From Dimorphilus gyrociliatus (lineage: Eukaryota; Animalia; Annelida), in NCBI GenBank assembly GCA_904063045.1, contig CAJFCJ010000014.1:2177899-2241898 (forward strand): a stretch of 64,000 nt of DNA, given 5' to 3'. A program made the translations under genes and the position numbers. Of the stretch, positions 1 to 12,203 are shown one piece after another (positions within the stretch are counted from its first letter, which is position 1; each line of letters begins with the position of its first letter). The notes beneath the pieces were generated by a model. That model had not been told where the DNA came from. It saw only the letters and a list, made by a program, of their open reading frames with translations, and ran no database searches.

Positions 1-89
1 AAACGGTTAATATCTATTCAATTTTCATATATTCATAGATATCATCTGTAAATCAATCTTATTCCTATTCCTTTTTTTCTTATAATTAG

Positions 90-289
90 AATGCGATACG
101 AAAGCTTTCGGCGTTGAATTAATCAAAAAATCCTTACTGGAAAAGGCCTTAGAGTGTGGTAACTCGGGAACAGTTCAATTATTACTTAATTCGTATAAAT
201 CCTCAGAAAATTCCCAAAGTGCTCAATCCCAGATTGTTCCTTCTCTGAAAGGCATGTGTCAAGAAATTGTTGATAAATGCGAATTATGA
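90..289 (+). CDS. Terminal exon of a gene starting left of the window; ankyrin-repeat-like segment followed by a SOCS/BC-box-like C-terminus
   Basis: Acceptor ttag at 86-89, then an open frame CDTKAFGVELIKKSLLEKALECGNSGTVQLLLNSYKSS...QIVPSLKGMCQEIVDKCEL* (TGA 287-289). LEKALECGNSGTVQLLL resembles an ankyrin helix-turn-helix; VPSLKGMC resembles the PxSLxxLC BC-box. Not in the ORF track. Confidence 0.4.
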
Positions 290-434
290 CATTGCACTTA
301 TAGTATGATTTTCGTCTGTTCTCCCTTCAAGTTAATTGAGGTTTCGTAGTTGTATTTGAACTTTTTTTAGCAAAGAGAATAATTTATGTGAGGTAGATAG
401 GAATGATATCGGATAATTATGTAATGATATTCTC

Positions 435-1393
435 CTATGTTTCATCTGCATCAACGCCAACGACTCTTCTTCTTTTTGATAGAAAAGATAGTAAAGATTC
501 TTTAAAGTGTTTATTCGTGCAACTATAGATAATGCTATTCCAAAAACTATTTAGATATAAAGCAGTAATAAGGAATATTTCAATAATACCGCTTACATGT
601 ACATTTGTACCAACAGCTGCTACTATAACCATAATTGTAATAGGAGTCCACGATATATAGAAGCTAGCCAATATTAATGCGACAGTTAACAGTGATTTTT
701 TATTCTTACCAATAAGATTGTGATGCTTTCGACTAATTTTAAAAATACTAGAAAGAATTAAGAAATAAAGAGATAACTGGGAAAAAAAAAGGATTTAATA
801 TGAAATACATACATTATATAAATGACCAACAGGACTATTGAACATAGACCATAACTTATGAATGCTGAGAATATGTATATTTCTTTGAAGAATCGTATCT
901 CCGGATAACATTGAAAAGTATTCGGATTTAATTTAATTTTACCTTGCAAAAACGTCGGAAAAGATAAAGCTAACATTACTAACCAGATAATTATTAAAGC
1001 TATCATCATCCTTGTCGTAGTTACTAAAATATTGTATTTCATCGGTCTTGTTATAGCGATAAATCTATCTAGATTCAAGAGGGTAATAGTCCATAAGGAT
1101 ATACCGGCAAAAGATACTGAGAATGTCCCATTTATAAGACAAATTCGAGTAAAATATGGACTATCATATACTAATGTTAAAATTGGAATTATAAAAAAAT
1201 GAGCAAAAAGAATATCAACTAAAGAGAGATGCATCATCAAATAACCGGAGACATTATGTAATTTTTTCGTTAATTTTATAACAATTATATTTACCAGACT
1301 TCCGAATACTATTAGAAAATAAATAAGTAAATATACACCAATCAAAATATATCCAGGCTTTGATCTTGAATTATTTTCACTAGTATCATTCAT
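435..1393 (-). CDS. Orphan rhodopsin-family (class A) GPCR, 2 exons, ~297 aa
   Basis: ORFs 758-1393 and 435-671 join through a 65-nt intron at 748-812 (gtatgt...ttctag), giving 7 hydrophobic segments. Motifs: TM2 LSLVD, TM3 C...LDRF, TM4 W, ECL2 Cys (FQCYP), TM6 SWTP, TM7 NSFWNSIIY. Confidence 0.9.
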
Positions 1394-2546
1394 TTTTTCT
1401 ATTATTAGCTAAGAGAAAAAAAGTAAGGCAAACTTTTCAATTCCATTTCTAGAAAAGCTAATTCTTAGATTAAATTTCTAAGCTATATTATAGCTTTATA
1501 TATTTCCTTTAGTGACGTAAAAGGTAATGTCTATATCTAGCTTATAAGTAATCATATACAACTACAAATAACGAAAAAGAGGCTAAACAAAAGAAAATAC
1601 AGGAGAGAGAGAATTAGCATTAATATAATTCTATTATAATTATCTACAATATCGAATATTACGTTTCTTATACTTTCTTTTGATTCTGCATTAATTTTTC
1701 TACAGTTTAAATAAAAGACAAAAAAACGAAGTTTTTAATACTGTCCATCACAAAATACTTACTGCACTTTGTTGCTTGGTAAAGAAAGTAAATAAAAAAA
1801 AATAAACAGCTATTGTTAAAGCAAAGAGCCCTCCTCATGTTGTAATAAGACAGTTTGTCTTAAAGTTGGTGATAAAATGAATTAAGTAGGGCATTTATAA
1901 ATACTTTAAGAGAATTAATTAATTAATAATAAGACCTGTAGGAAAGTATTTTATTTATAGTTTATTAAATAATATATCATATCTCCTTTTATTTCCTCTG
2001 TCATTATATTTGTCAATTATTAATTATAGTTCATCTGAAAATAAAAATAATAGGGTTATATGTAACCAGATTAAGAGGAATCAAAGAGAGAGAGAGAGAG
2101 AGAGAGAAGAATAAAATTGTGAAGAGAAATGAGTAGGATTTATTCTTCGAAACGGGCTTGGTAACAGATGTATAGACGCCATATTTCTCTAGTGTTTCCT
2201 TTCATCATCCTTTAAGCACTACAAGAGCTAGATAGCAAAAAAAACTATTTTTAAAAGGTTACAACTCTACACTGAAAAGGTTAGAAAAGTAAAAATTTCC
2301 GATGGGAAAAAGAATATTGTGTTTTTATTATTTTACCTTCTAACAATATCATTTAGCTTGACGAGCCATGTGAATACAACATATATATACCTTTTACGAT
2401 ATAATCGTTTGTTAAAGAGTATTAAATATGTAAATTATTGAATTTTCAATTTAAATAAATAGTAATATTTATTAATCATTACTCTTTTAAAATGTATAAA
2501 ACAAGAAGGTATATGATTATTATTATTATTATTATTAATAATGTTA

Positions 2547-5185
2547 TTAAACGATTTCTCTTTCTTGTATTTCGTTTGGTTGTGGTTCGGTTGGTGGAGG
2601 GATATATCTTTGGCTTCTTGGGTTTGGACCATCGTCAGTTGGAGCTCTAGGTTGAACTGGTGGTGTAAAATAATTATTTGCGTTCTCTTCAGCTGCAGCC
2701 GTTTTCGCATTTTTTTTCATACATATAAAAACAATTAAGCTAACAATGACAATAAAGAGGGCACCTCCCAAAATAGCTCCTATTATAATATATTTGGAAT
2801 TTTCTGTGGATGATGTTGTTATCTTTTTAGAAGTGGCCGTAGTTGTAGCAATGTTCTCTGATGGAACAGTTATTTCAAATTCTTCCGTGCAATCTGATTC
2901 CGTTTTATATTTGATATTAAGAGCGCAGATTTTAATAAGATACTTTTGTCCACTTTTCAAGCTATTTAACGCAAAATATGGTGAATTATTTTCTTTGGTT
3001 CTTGACCAATCAGTGCTAGATTTGGTAAATAGGGAATAAGTTGTTTTATAACCTCCCGTAAACGATTCTACGCATTCAATAGACACTCGACCATTAATTG
3101 GTTTTGTAATTTGACAATCTATCGGCGCTTCAGCAGGACCTGGTGGTAGTATTTCAAATACGCAATCTTCTTTCATACGACCAATTCCATTTGAAGCTGA
3201 ACAGCTAACTTTACCATATTCTTCAACAGTATAATTTATTTTGTGATAAGAATGAGTTCTATCTGATTGATACGTCATTCCAGTAAAATCTCCAGAGATT
3301 GATGACCAATTAAATGTAGTAGGAGAATTTGAAAACGAATTAACGCGACAAACTAATTCTATTGTTGAATTAAGTAGACCAGCATATTTCATAGTTTGTC
3401 TCTTGCAGTATGGGGTATCTAAATAACGAGATAGAAAATAATATATAAAAAAGCCAATCATCCTATTTTAATAAGAATGATAATATTTAAAAAAAGAGCA
3501 CAATAATAAAAAAAAATATTCGTACAATAAACAATGACGTCAATACTTTTACTCATAGTTTTTCCAACTGTATTCTCCAATGTACAATAAAATAAACCTT
3601 GATGTTGTCTTAAAAGGCGGAAGAGGAAAGAAGAAAGTTGAAAAAAAAAGAAGATAAAACACTTACTATGCTATATATCATTTCTTTTCTATATTTTGAA
3701 TTGATTAATTAATTATACCTTTTAATTGATGATATCTTTAGAGATACAGTTGTATTTGTTATTAGTTTTGTTGCATTATTGAGGTATTCAATATTATTTA
3801 GATACCAATTGACATTAATTAAACTTGGATTTGTCTTATAATCGTATTGTAATAATAGTTCATTGCCTTCTTCAACAGCAACGACCCTTTGCTTTGTGAC
3901 AGTAATTGGTTTATCTATATAGTATATGAATATATTAGTTTCTATTATAATTAATAATTGTAATTTAAATATATTACATTGTACTGCAAGTTTCTTGGAT
4001 ATTTTAATTGGATCTTGTAACACTTCGTTATTAATACGGCACATATAGATGGCACCATCGTCAAAGGATGACGCTATGAAATTTATTTCGTTTTCCACGT
4101 TATAAGTTGAATTATCATTTTGTATCATTTTTATTTTGCCTAAAAGTGAATAACCATTCCTAAACCATTGTAAACGTGCTGGGGGTCTGCTGTCATCTGC
4201 ATGACAAACTAAAGTGACAGTTGAAGATTCCTTTACAATATTTCCATTTGACGTAATGTAAGGTAGAGTAGGCTTAACTGTAAACAAACTCATCAGTCAT
4301 TCTCGGGGAATGTTCAATATTTAAAGATTAAATAATTACGGTTAAAGATAAGATATTTTGTCCTGGTGACGTCATAATTGACTTGGTTTACTCTGATTCT
4401 ACATTCGATTTTCGCTGAATATAATTCTCTTGAGGCAAATATTTTAATTGTTGATGTTCTTGTAAGAGTTTTATTATCGTGCGCTTTAGTTTGACTTCCG
4501 TTTTCGTCTAATTCCAATATTGTTCCATTCGTTGCTAGAATGAAAAGTTTTAAGAAAAGGACAAAAGTTTATAAAACATTTCCAAAAGGATTACTTGTTA
4601 AAGTCCAAGTAATATTTGCGGCAGGTCTACTAGACTGGGCCGTACATGAGATATTTAGAAAACTTTCCTCAACCAAAGTTCCACGTGGTGTTGATATTTT
4701 AGTGTCCCATGGTTCAACTATAAAATATAATGTAGATAAAAAGTATTTAATAAGAAATCAAAGTGAATTGAAACCGTAAATTTCAACAAAGAACTGCTTA
4801 GTTTCCGCTCCAATTAAACATTCATAGGTATCGCTGTCTTCAACAACGGCTGCAAGGATAATTAAAGTTTCTCTCGTATCTTCGACAATTATATCATATT
4901 TCCATTTATCTCTACGGAGGATACCGAAGAGAGCTATTACTCCGCCACCATGATTCTTCTGATCCCATACAATTCTACTTTGAAATGGTTTTCTACAGGT
5001 TAATTCGACTCTTTTACCGCTTTGCTCTTTAATTTTCACAATTTCATTTCTGGACTCTGTAACTTTTATATATAAAGTTGCAATTGATATGATTAATCTA
5101 TACAAAAAAAGAAGAGAATTATGAAATATATCCAATTAATTAGTTCAGTCTATACTAACAATAAAATTCGAAAAAGGTCCACCAT
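2547..5185 (-). CDS. Sidestep/nephrin-type cell-surface receptor: signal peptide, 5 Ig domains, FN3, TM, short Pro-rich tail
   Basis: ATG at 5185; exon 5160-5185 splices to 5097 to give the signal peptide MVDLFRILLLIISIATL. Eight exons join in frame through mostly ~60-nt GT-AG introns. Ig motifs: VELTC..W..DSDTYEC, LNISC..W..IEC, VTLVC..W..DDGAIYMC, NVNW..HQGLFYC, IELVC..W..YGKVSCSASNGIG..DCVF, then FN3 (GPAEAPIDC..) and TM IIIGAILGGALFIVIVSLIVFIC. Confidence 0.88.
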
Positions 5186-6454
5186 GTTTCCAATGGTATA
5201 AACTGATTAAAACAATGAATATCCTAGTTATATATACACTATACGAGTGACAATGTCAACAAAATTTTGTTAGCCAACTGCAAACTTTACGTCACTACAA
5301 AAATTAGCCGCTTTTTGGTCAGGTGAAAAGCATTCAATTCCGTAGAGAATCTGACATTTTAGACGAACCATGTGATCTCCGCCTCTTTCCATCCTTTTGA
5401 ATAAAATCATATCATACAGTCGTATACTATATAAATATATAATTATTCACTTTTCCAACATTTAAAATGGAACTTTTAAACGATTCGAACGCAATAGCAT
5501 GAAATATTGTATTCCTATTCTCCCTCTTGTAAGAATTCAATCATTCTTATTTTATTGAGTAGTTGATTTATGAATCAATTTACTGGTTATTATCGTTACT
5601 TGTAATAATATAGTTTAAGTTGTAGGAGGTTAAATATATTGTAGTACTATATATACAGTATAAATTTATATGTATATATATATAGGAAAATACTCCCTAT
5701 ATACAATTTTAATGTTTTCTATAATACTTTATAGATAAAAAAAACATATCTAAAGGCCATCTATTTTATTTCTGAAAGAGTAACATACAAAAAAAGCTAT
5801 TTTCATAAAAATTTTAAATGTAGGTCACCTTAAAAGAATAACAAAAAAAATTAAAAAAGATTAATTAACATAAATACTACTATTTTTTCTTTTTAATGTT
5901 CTATTTTCTAGGAAATTTAATGAAAAATTGCTGGTTTTTAGATTATTAATTTAGCTACACATGTGAATTGTACATAGATATACAGTATGTTCATAAAAAT
6001 AGTGGGCTTAGTTAACAATCTGTTGTTGTATGCAATTTATTTGTTACCACATGCTAATGAATTTCCAATTAAAAAAAAATATTTAATTCATGATGAATAT
6101 TAATTATGTAATTATCTTTATATCTTGTTTATGTAAAATCAATGATAGATTACAATTCACAGATATTTTAATGTATAAATTTAAAGTTATTAATTAAAAA
6201 AAGAACTTAATAAAACAAAGTGATGTATATTCGTTATTAGATATTAAATGTTGCTGTAATTTTTTAATCTTCAATAGATAATCTGCTTATGTTAATTTTT
6301 TGTATTATGTTCAATGAATTGAAAAAAAACAATCACTTTATCATTATTACTTTTAACATAATATAGAATATTTATATAGACGTATATATTTTTATAATTA
6401 TACAGACATTCAATATCTTTCATAAATAATTTATCATTAGTTATTAATATCTTT

Positions 6455-8422
6455 TTATATATTAAAACCTTTGGCAAAGTACACTTTAAACAAATTTTCA
6501 ATTGTGGTGTTGAGATTTAATTGATCCATAGATTTTCTATTTGCGTCTTTTTCGGCTTTCTGATCTAATTCAACCCAAACTTTCATTCTTTTATCGTCGT
6601 AGTTTGATTGAATTTTTGCTTCGGGTGCTTTAAATATTTCGATGTATTTGGTCTCAGGTGTAAATGGTTTCCAGTCGCTTATTTCTCTGTTTAATTGAAT
6701 ATAAATATAAATGATTATTAAATAGATATTAAATTGTTTATTTGAAGATTATATTAACCCTTTGGTCAAAAATTCGGTAAATCGCTTAATTAAAGAAATT
6801 GATATATCTTTATGTTCTTTCTTCCAAGGTATTTCTGACCTTTCTGCAAAGGTTTCTCCAAAGGTAAATCTGTATTCTTCGCCATGGCATGTTTCAACCC
6901 ACGATGGAGCTTCAACCGACATATTTGGAACATGTACTTCGTACATATATACTGGGGCGTTACTTTGATGCATATAAGCCAATTTATAAGTAGGAAAATT
7001 AACCATCATATCACCAAATATTTTACAACCGCTCTTGAGATAATCTTCATCCTTCTTTGTTCTTTTGGGACCAAAGGATTTAACTAATTTTTGTACAACC
7101 TCATCAGTTACTTCGGTTGAACTATTCATAAACGTAAAATCCTTAACGATACCGTTAAGAATCATGTTAAAATGATCAGCTCCCTTAAGTTTTCCATCAG
7201 TTGAGGTTAAATATTTAGAAAACATTTTGAATCCCTCATCAAAAGTTCCAAGCATAAGAGGAACCTGTGAATATTCTTTACTTTCTATTAGCTCCTTTGG
7301 ATGTTTTGTTAAGAATTTCCCATCGATACAAACTCCCATAGGAATTGCGTTATGTGTAATTCTTGTTATAGAAGAAATGGGAAGTTGCATTAGATATTCC
7401 TTTATCTCTTTTCCATCTTTCGATCCTGTTATTTTTTTTTGAGTATATATATAAATGTTTAAAAAGTATATATTAATATATAAATATTTACCAGAATAAC
7501 CGAATCGTTTAGCAAAAAAGTAAAGAGTTTCGGAAAAAAATTCTCTTGAGTATGCAATAGGACTAATTAAATTACCACTGCTACATATAACTTTATGAAA
7601 GAGCCCTTTTGATAAACTTGACATCATGTGGGCAGTCGCCATAGTGGCACCTATCAGAATAAAAATTTTAAATAAAATAACAAAATTTGTGTTAAAAGTG
7701 GCGCCTACCTGAGCCAACCCCGTATAAAGTTACATTATTTTTATCTCCCCCGAAATATTCGATGTACTTATTGATCCATTTAAGGGCAGCAACTTGATCC
7801 AAAAGTCCATAATTACCTTGCAGTACGCCATCTTTTGTACACATAAATCCTAGAAAAATGAAATAATTTGTTATCGTAAATTCTATTAATATTAATCAAC
7901 TTTAATTACCTAAAATACCCAAACGATAATTAAAGTTCACAACGATGGCACCTGTTCCACAGGCGAGAATCTCTCCGTCGAAAATATCACCGCATCCACT
8001 TTTGAAATTTCCACCATGAATAAAAACCAAAACTGGTAGACGATGGCCTTTATTAACTTTTGAAGGTCTCCATATATTTAAATAGAGACAGTCTTCGTCC
8101 ATATTTTGCTCTTTAATATATCTTTTCGGCGGTGAGAATTCTTTCGATAGAGATTCCATAGACTGAGGAACAAAATTGCCTATAGGAAAGCTATTATTAT
8201 GAATATTATTTAACAAAAGACTAAATAAACTTCATTACGTAAATTCTTGGCATCTCTCTTTCCCTCCCATAGAGGAACTTCTTGTGGTTCTTCAAATCTA
8301 CCGGCAGTTGCATATTGAATTCCCAGAAAATGATCTATGTGATTGGCGAAAGCCTTAATGAATGAAGTTCCACCTTCGATAGAAGAAGAGATTGAAAAGG
8401 TGACTGCTGGGTAAAGATCCAT
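6455..8422 (-). CDS. Carboxylesterase/cholinesterase-family protein lacking the catalytic Ser (pseudo-esterase), 6 exons
   Basis: Family motifs [54 protein letters not shown] and HGEE. The spliced nucleophile elbow reads [10 protein letters not shown] instead of GESAG. A last exon absent from the ORF track (GEISDWKPF...KGFNI*) ends at TAA 6455-6457. Confidence 0.9.
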
Positions 8423-8700
8423 TTTTCAGAGTGAAATGAAAAAAAAAATAATTTCGGCTGTCTTTTATAACAACAGGAAATTAATGAAGGGAACAGGAGT
8501 TTATATTATAAAATTAATAGCTGCAGGTATAGCATATGGCAACATGTGTTAAAATGAATGAATGAACATTAAATTTTATGCTATCTATTAAAAATGGACA
8601 TAGTAAAATTAAAATAACAATAAAATTACATAAAATGGTTCAAATCTTAAATAGAAAATCTTTTCAAATATGACACAAATGAACAACTAATCATTGTTAG

Positions 8701-8709
8701 CGCCATCTG
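8701..8709 (-). promoter_or_regulatory. CTCF-like core motif (CAGATGGCG)
   Basis: Minus strand reads aaaccagatggcgct, between the divergent esterase and orphan genes; one of six non-coding YAGATGGCR copies. Confidence 0.4.
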
Positions 8710-9196
8710 GTTTACTACTATTTCGTTACGATGGTTGAAATGAAAAACATGGGAGAACAATAAATTTACCTACCTTTAAAAAAAAAACAAAATACGGTAG
8801 TCTTTTAAAAAATTATATTTACAAACAACTAATTAATATTCAAGAAATGAATACAAAAGACATTTGATTATATCGTAACTGTTCAATAGCTAGCTAAAAG
8901 TGATAAATGATTAAAAATGATTAAAAATCTAATTCCCTTATTTCTTAGAATATGGAGTATAAATTTTTAATTTAATAATATAATTAATAAGCTAATTAAT
9001 AAAAAAAAAACATTGAATAATAGCAAACGCATAATTTATATTGTGAAAAATATAAAATAGACATTACTACACAGTATATTAAGGTTTAGCTATATGTAAT
9101 TATCAGTAATAAATAAAAAATATTCATATCGTTTAATAATGAAAATACATTTTTAATTTTCATTTCATATTTTCATCTGTTTTCACTTGTCTCTCA

Positions 9197-9200
<4 letters not shown>

Positions 9201-9232
<32 letters not shown>
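9201..9232. repeat. (TC)n microsatellite
   Basis: Perfect TC run about 400 bp upstream of the 9612 ORF. Confidence 0.9.
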
Positions 9233-9239
<7 letters not shown>

Positions 9240-9611
9240 ATAATATCCACATATATATATATTCATATATATTCTCTCATTTGCCTCTTTTTACGATAAT
9301 ATCTCTGATTTATTACAAACGTTATTGTTAATGTTGCAATATAGACATACGCAGAAATATACGGTCAGCAAATTAATCGGAGATAATTATCAACTAAAAC
9401 TTCCTGTTCAATACAATTTTGGCCTTCTACCACAGCATATATTTATTAGAACAATTAAGTATTATTCATTGAAATTTACACATAACTGACAGAGCAAGGA
9501 TATTTAATTATTTATATATATCTTTAAAATACCATCATTTATTATTGGCTAATTGAAGAAGATAAATAAAAGTAAACTGAATTGAAATAAAACTAAAAAT
9601 TATAAAGAAAT

Positions 9612-10769
9612 ATGAATAAAAGGTCACAATTGATTGAATCAAAGAAGTGGATTTCTGTAGATGATTATACGAAACCTGATGCATTATTTTGTCCAGATAA
9701 TTGCAAATGTAGATTCTGTTTTAACAGAGAGGAAAACAATAAAAGTCAAATGAATTGTGACCCGATTCCCGAAGATAGTGATGTGGAAATTGCTGAAAAA
9801 TCATCTGTATCCAACGACTTACTCCCTTCTATCATCTGTGTTGAAGAGAAGACTGTAGTAAGAGAACAAGCAAACGGAGAAGAAGAAAGAGAGGAAAAAG
9901 AAAAGAAAGTGGAGGTAGAGGTTGAACTTGGTAAAGAAGATAAAGTAAACGCAACTCATGATGTAGGATACCCTATTAACAATTCAAATTATAACTGGAG
10001 CATTGCAGAATCATTAACGTCGAATGAAGCTACACATTCCGCCGATAAGATAACTCAAACTGACTTTCCCTCTTATACATTTCCGCAAATCTTATGCGAT
10101 CAATGCGGCCATATGATGTCCATAAGTTCTGACAATTATATAAAATTGTACAACGACACTAATGAGTCATTGTTTTCTGCACAATTAATGAATTCGTCTA
10201 ATTTTCATAAAAATAAGAAAGATCGAGAAACAGTTTTAGACGAGAGAGCTAATAGAAAGTCCAGTGGATGCTATTCCTTAGATGCAGATGATGTATTTGA
10301 TCTACCTTGTCGTAGTCAAACTATCGAACTGTCAAATGACATCCAATCAGTTGTTGAACGAAATCCCAGAAGAAGGGAAGGTAAAGTTAAAGGTAGAGGG
10401 ACCGTTATTACTTTTAGGAATTCTGCTGAGAATTTCGATGAAAAGAAAAATTTTTTTGATTCACATAAAAAAGCGACTAATGATTCTTTATCATTAACTA
10501 AAAGATTCCGTAATTCAGTTTCTATTGTTCAGAGAGAAAGAATACTTTCTGATAGTGAAAATTCAAAAGGAAAGAATTCAAAAGAAACTTTTGATCTTAA
10601 TAATTCCATTCCTGATATAAAAGAGAGAAGTCGAAGTATTTCAAACCTTCAGGAAGGATCTAAAAAACAGTCTATGTTTCCCACCTTTATTTCTTTAACA
10701 TCAAAAACAAAAGTGCATATGAATAGGCAACTTAGCAAGAACAAATCCTATAATTTAGAGAGAACTTAA
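9612..10769 (+). CDS. Intronless, largely disordered 385-aa protein of unknown family
   Basis: A 1158-nt stop-free frame in AT-rich DNA with coding-like GC content. Ser/Glu/Lys/Asn-rich, Cys clusters CPDNCKCRFC and CDQCGH, and a KITQT motif. No domain recognised. Confidence 0.65.
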   Translation: MNKRSQLIESKKWISVDDYTKPDALFCPDNCKCRFCFNREENNKSQMNCDPIPEDSDVEIAEKSSVSNDLLPSIICVEEKTVVREQANGEEEREEKEKKVEVEVELGKEDKVNATHDVGYPINNSNYNWSIAESLTSNEATHSADKITQTDFPSYTFPQILCDQCGHMMSISSDNYIKLYNDTNESLFSAQLMNSSNFHKNKKDRETVLDERANRKSSGCYSLDADDVFDLPCRSQTIELSNDIQSVVERNPRRREGKVKGRGTVITFRNSAENFDEKKNFFDSHKKATNDSLSLTKRFRNSVSIVQRERILSDSENSKGKNSKETFDLNNSIPDIKERSRSISNLQEGSKKQSMFPTFISLTSKTKVHMNRQLSKNKSYNLERT

Positions 10770-11039
10770 TGAATTTAATTCAAGTAATCTGAAACTAAAG
10801 GAAATAAGATATTATTCTGTCGCTTAATTCACTCTGAATGAACTGAGTAGCAAAATAAAGACTATTCTATAATATCATCAAGAATTTTATCTCCGTAGTA
10901 TTTATGATTAACGATAGTTTTGCTTTGTGAAGGAAGAATCAAGTAAGTTATACTATATATATATAATTAAAAATAAACAAAATTTACAAATTACTATATG
11001 TTTTTATTGATAGATCACAACAATAATACGCTTTTCTTC

Positions 11040-11700
11040 AATTATTTATACATACGCACCGATTTTTTTATAAACGTCTTTAAAAGACAATCTTTAAATG
11101 CTTTAGACATGAGCAGTAATTGATATTTTCTTTCTATGAAACGGTGTGGATTAAAGTGGCTCTTGTGGTAAATAGTAATCTTCGCCATACAGAGTGTGAG
11201 TTGTTTGAGTAAAGGTGTCCTGTAACACTTTAACACAATCATTAGCTTTCGCTCTTGGCTTTACAAACTTCAAGTATACTTTCTCTTGATGGAACACTTC
11301 TTTCCAGATTTCAATGGAAGGAAGCCCTGAATACCTATTAGGGAAGATGTCTAACTTTGAGCATGTTTTACAATAGCAAATGCAACATCAGTCCATCAAA
11401 TAAGACCTCTTTTTTTAATAAACTATATTTTCTGTTATAAATAGCTTTTGATTTGAAAAGGGTTTTTCATATTATCTCTTTTTACCCTTATCCACATTGT
11501 AAAATCCTGAATGTTTAAAAACATCCATGGAAGGGAGATCCTGCTCTTTTTTACTATCTACATATGTTGCAGCCTGATTTGGGCATGAAGTATCAAACAA
11601 ACATATCTATTAATCGTTAAACTTAAAGTGGCTCTCGTAATGTTTCCTAGTACAGCATAGGAAAAGTGTGCAGGACAGTAAATTGATCAGTAACTGCCAT
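11040..11700 (-). mobile_element. Possible highly degraded transposase remnant
   Basis: Island of coding-like composition broken by stops in all frames. One minus frame reads GLPSIEIWKEVFHQEKVYLKFVKPRAKANDC, weakly like the S..Y..IF...F.KP..D.C..C block of some DNA transposases. A 13-nt direct repeat ttaaagtggctct occurs at ~11151 and ~11623. Confidence 0.2.
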
Positions 11701-11703
11701 CTA
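11695..11703 (-). promoter_or_regulatory. CTCF-like core motif (TAGATGGCA)
   Basis: Minus strand reads gaactagatggcagt, about 500 bp upstream of the PqaA/AprA-like gene. Confidence 0.35.
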
Positions 11704-12203
11704 GTTCATAAAAATTCATAACTTTTATTGAGTATTCCTTTTTCTATGCTTTTTCTGATCTATGACAGAAAGAAGTGTGGAAAAAAAGAGGGGGGAGAGA
11801 GAGAGAGAGAGTTATGTGAGTTAAATATAAATGTACTTTTTCTTCTTAAACTATTCATTGAATCACTAAAGGCGGAGCCAATAAAAGTATTTCAATTAAC
11901 AGAAGGTGTGTAGTTTAGCCATGTAGAGTGACATGAACATTGATGCTTCTAAATAATTAAGAAATGAGTAACAGTTTCAGGTATATGTTACAATATTACA
12001 AAGGAGAGTATATGTAACAGTAACAAATGATATAAGATCTAGAAAAAACGATTTGGAAAGTTATGGTACATGTCTTTTTTTATGATATCTGTTGATTCCC
12101 ATTGATAACATTTGAAATTCATTTTAAAACAATATACGCATATATATATAAATATATATATATTAGATTTGTTAACTCTGTTAACTTAAGTCTTTAAGAT
12201 TCA

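Noticed and set aside
2435-3039. ORFs 2435-2710(-), 2541-2738(+) and 2746-3039(+)
   Set aside because: Alternative-frame or antisense shadows of the Ig receptor's last exon. The same applies to similar shadows over the esterase, AprA-like, SLC22 and MFS genes.
3919-7472. Stop-free 3n introns (63 nt in the Ig gene, 66 nt in the esterase) as regulated intron retention
   Set aside because: Two among several dozen short introns is about what chance predicts.
7645-7712. Near-repeat aggcgccact / aggtgccact at both ends of an esterase intron as an intron-gain scar
   Set aside because: The match is short and imperfect, and from memory an intron at the GxSxG|G position is common in this family, so it is probably ancient.
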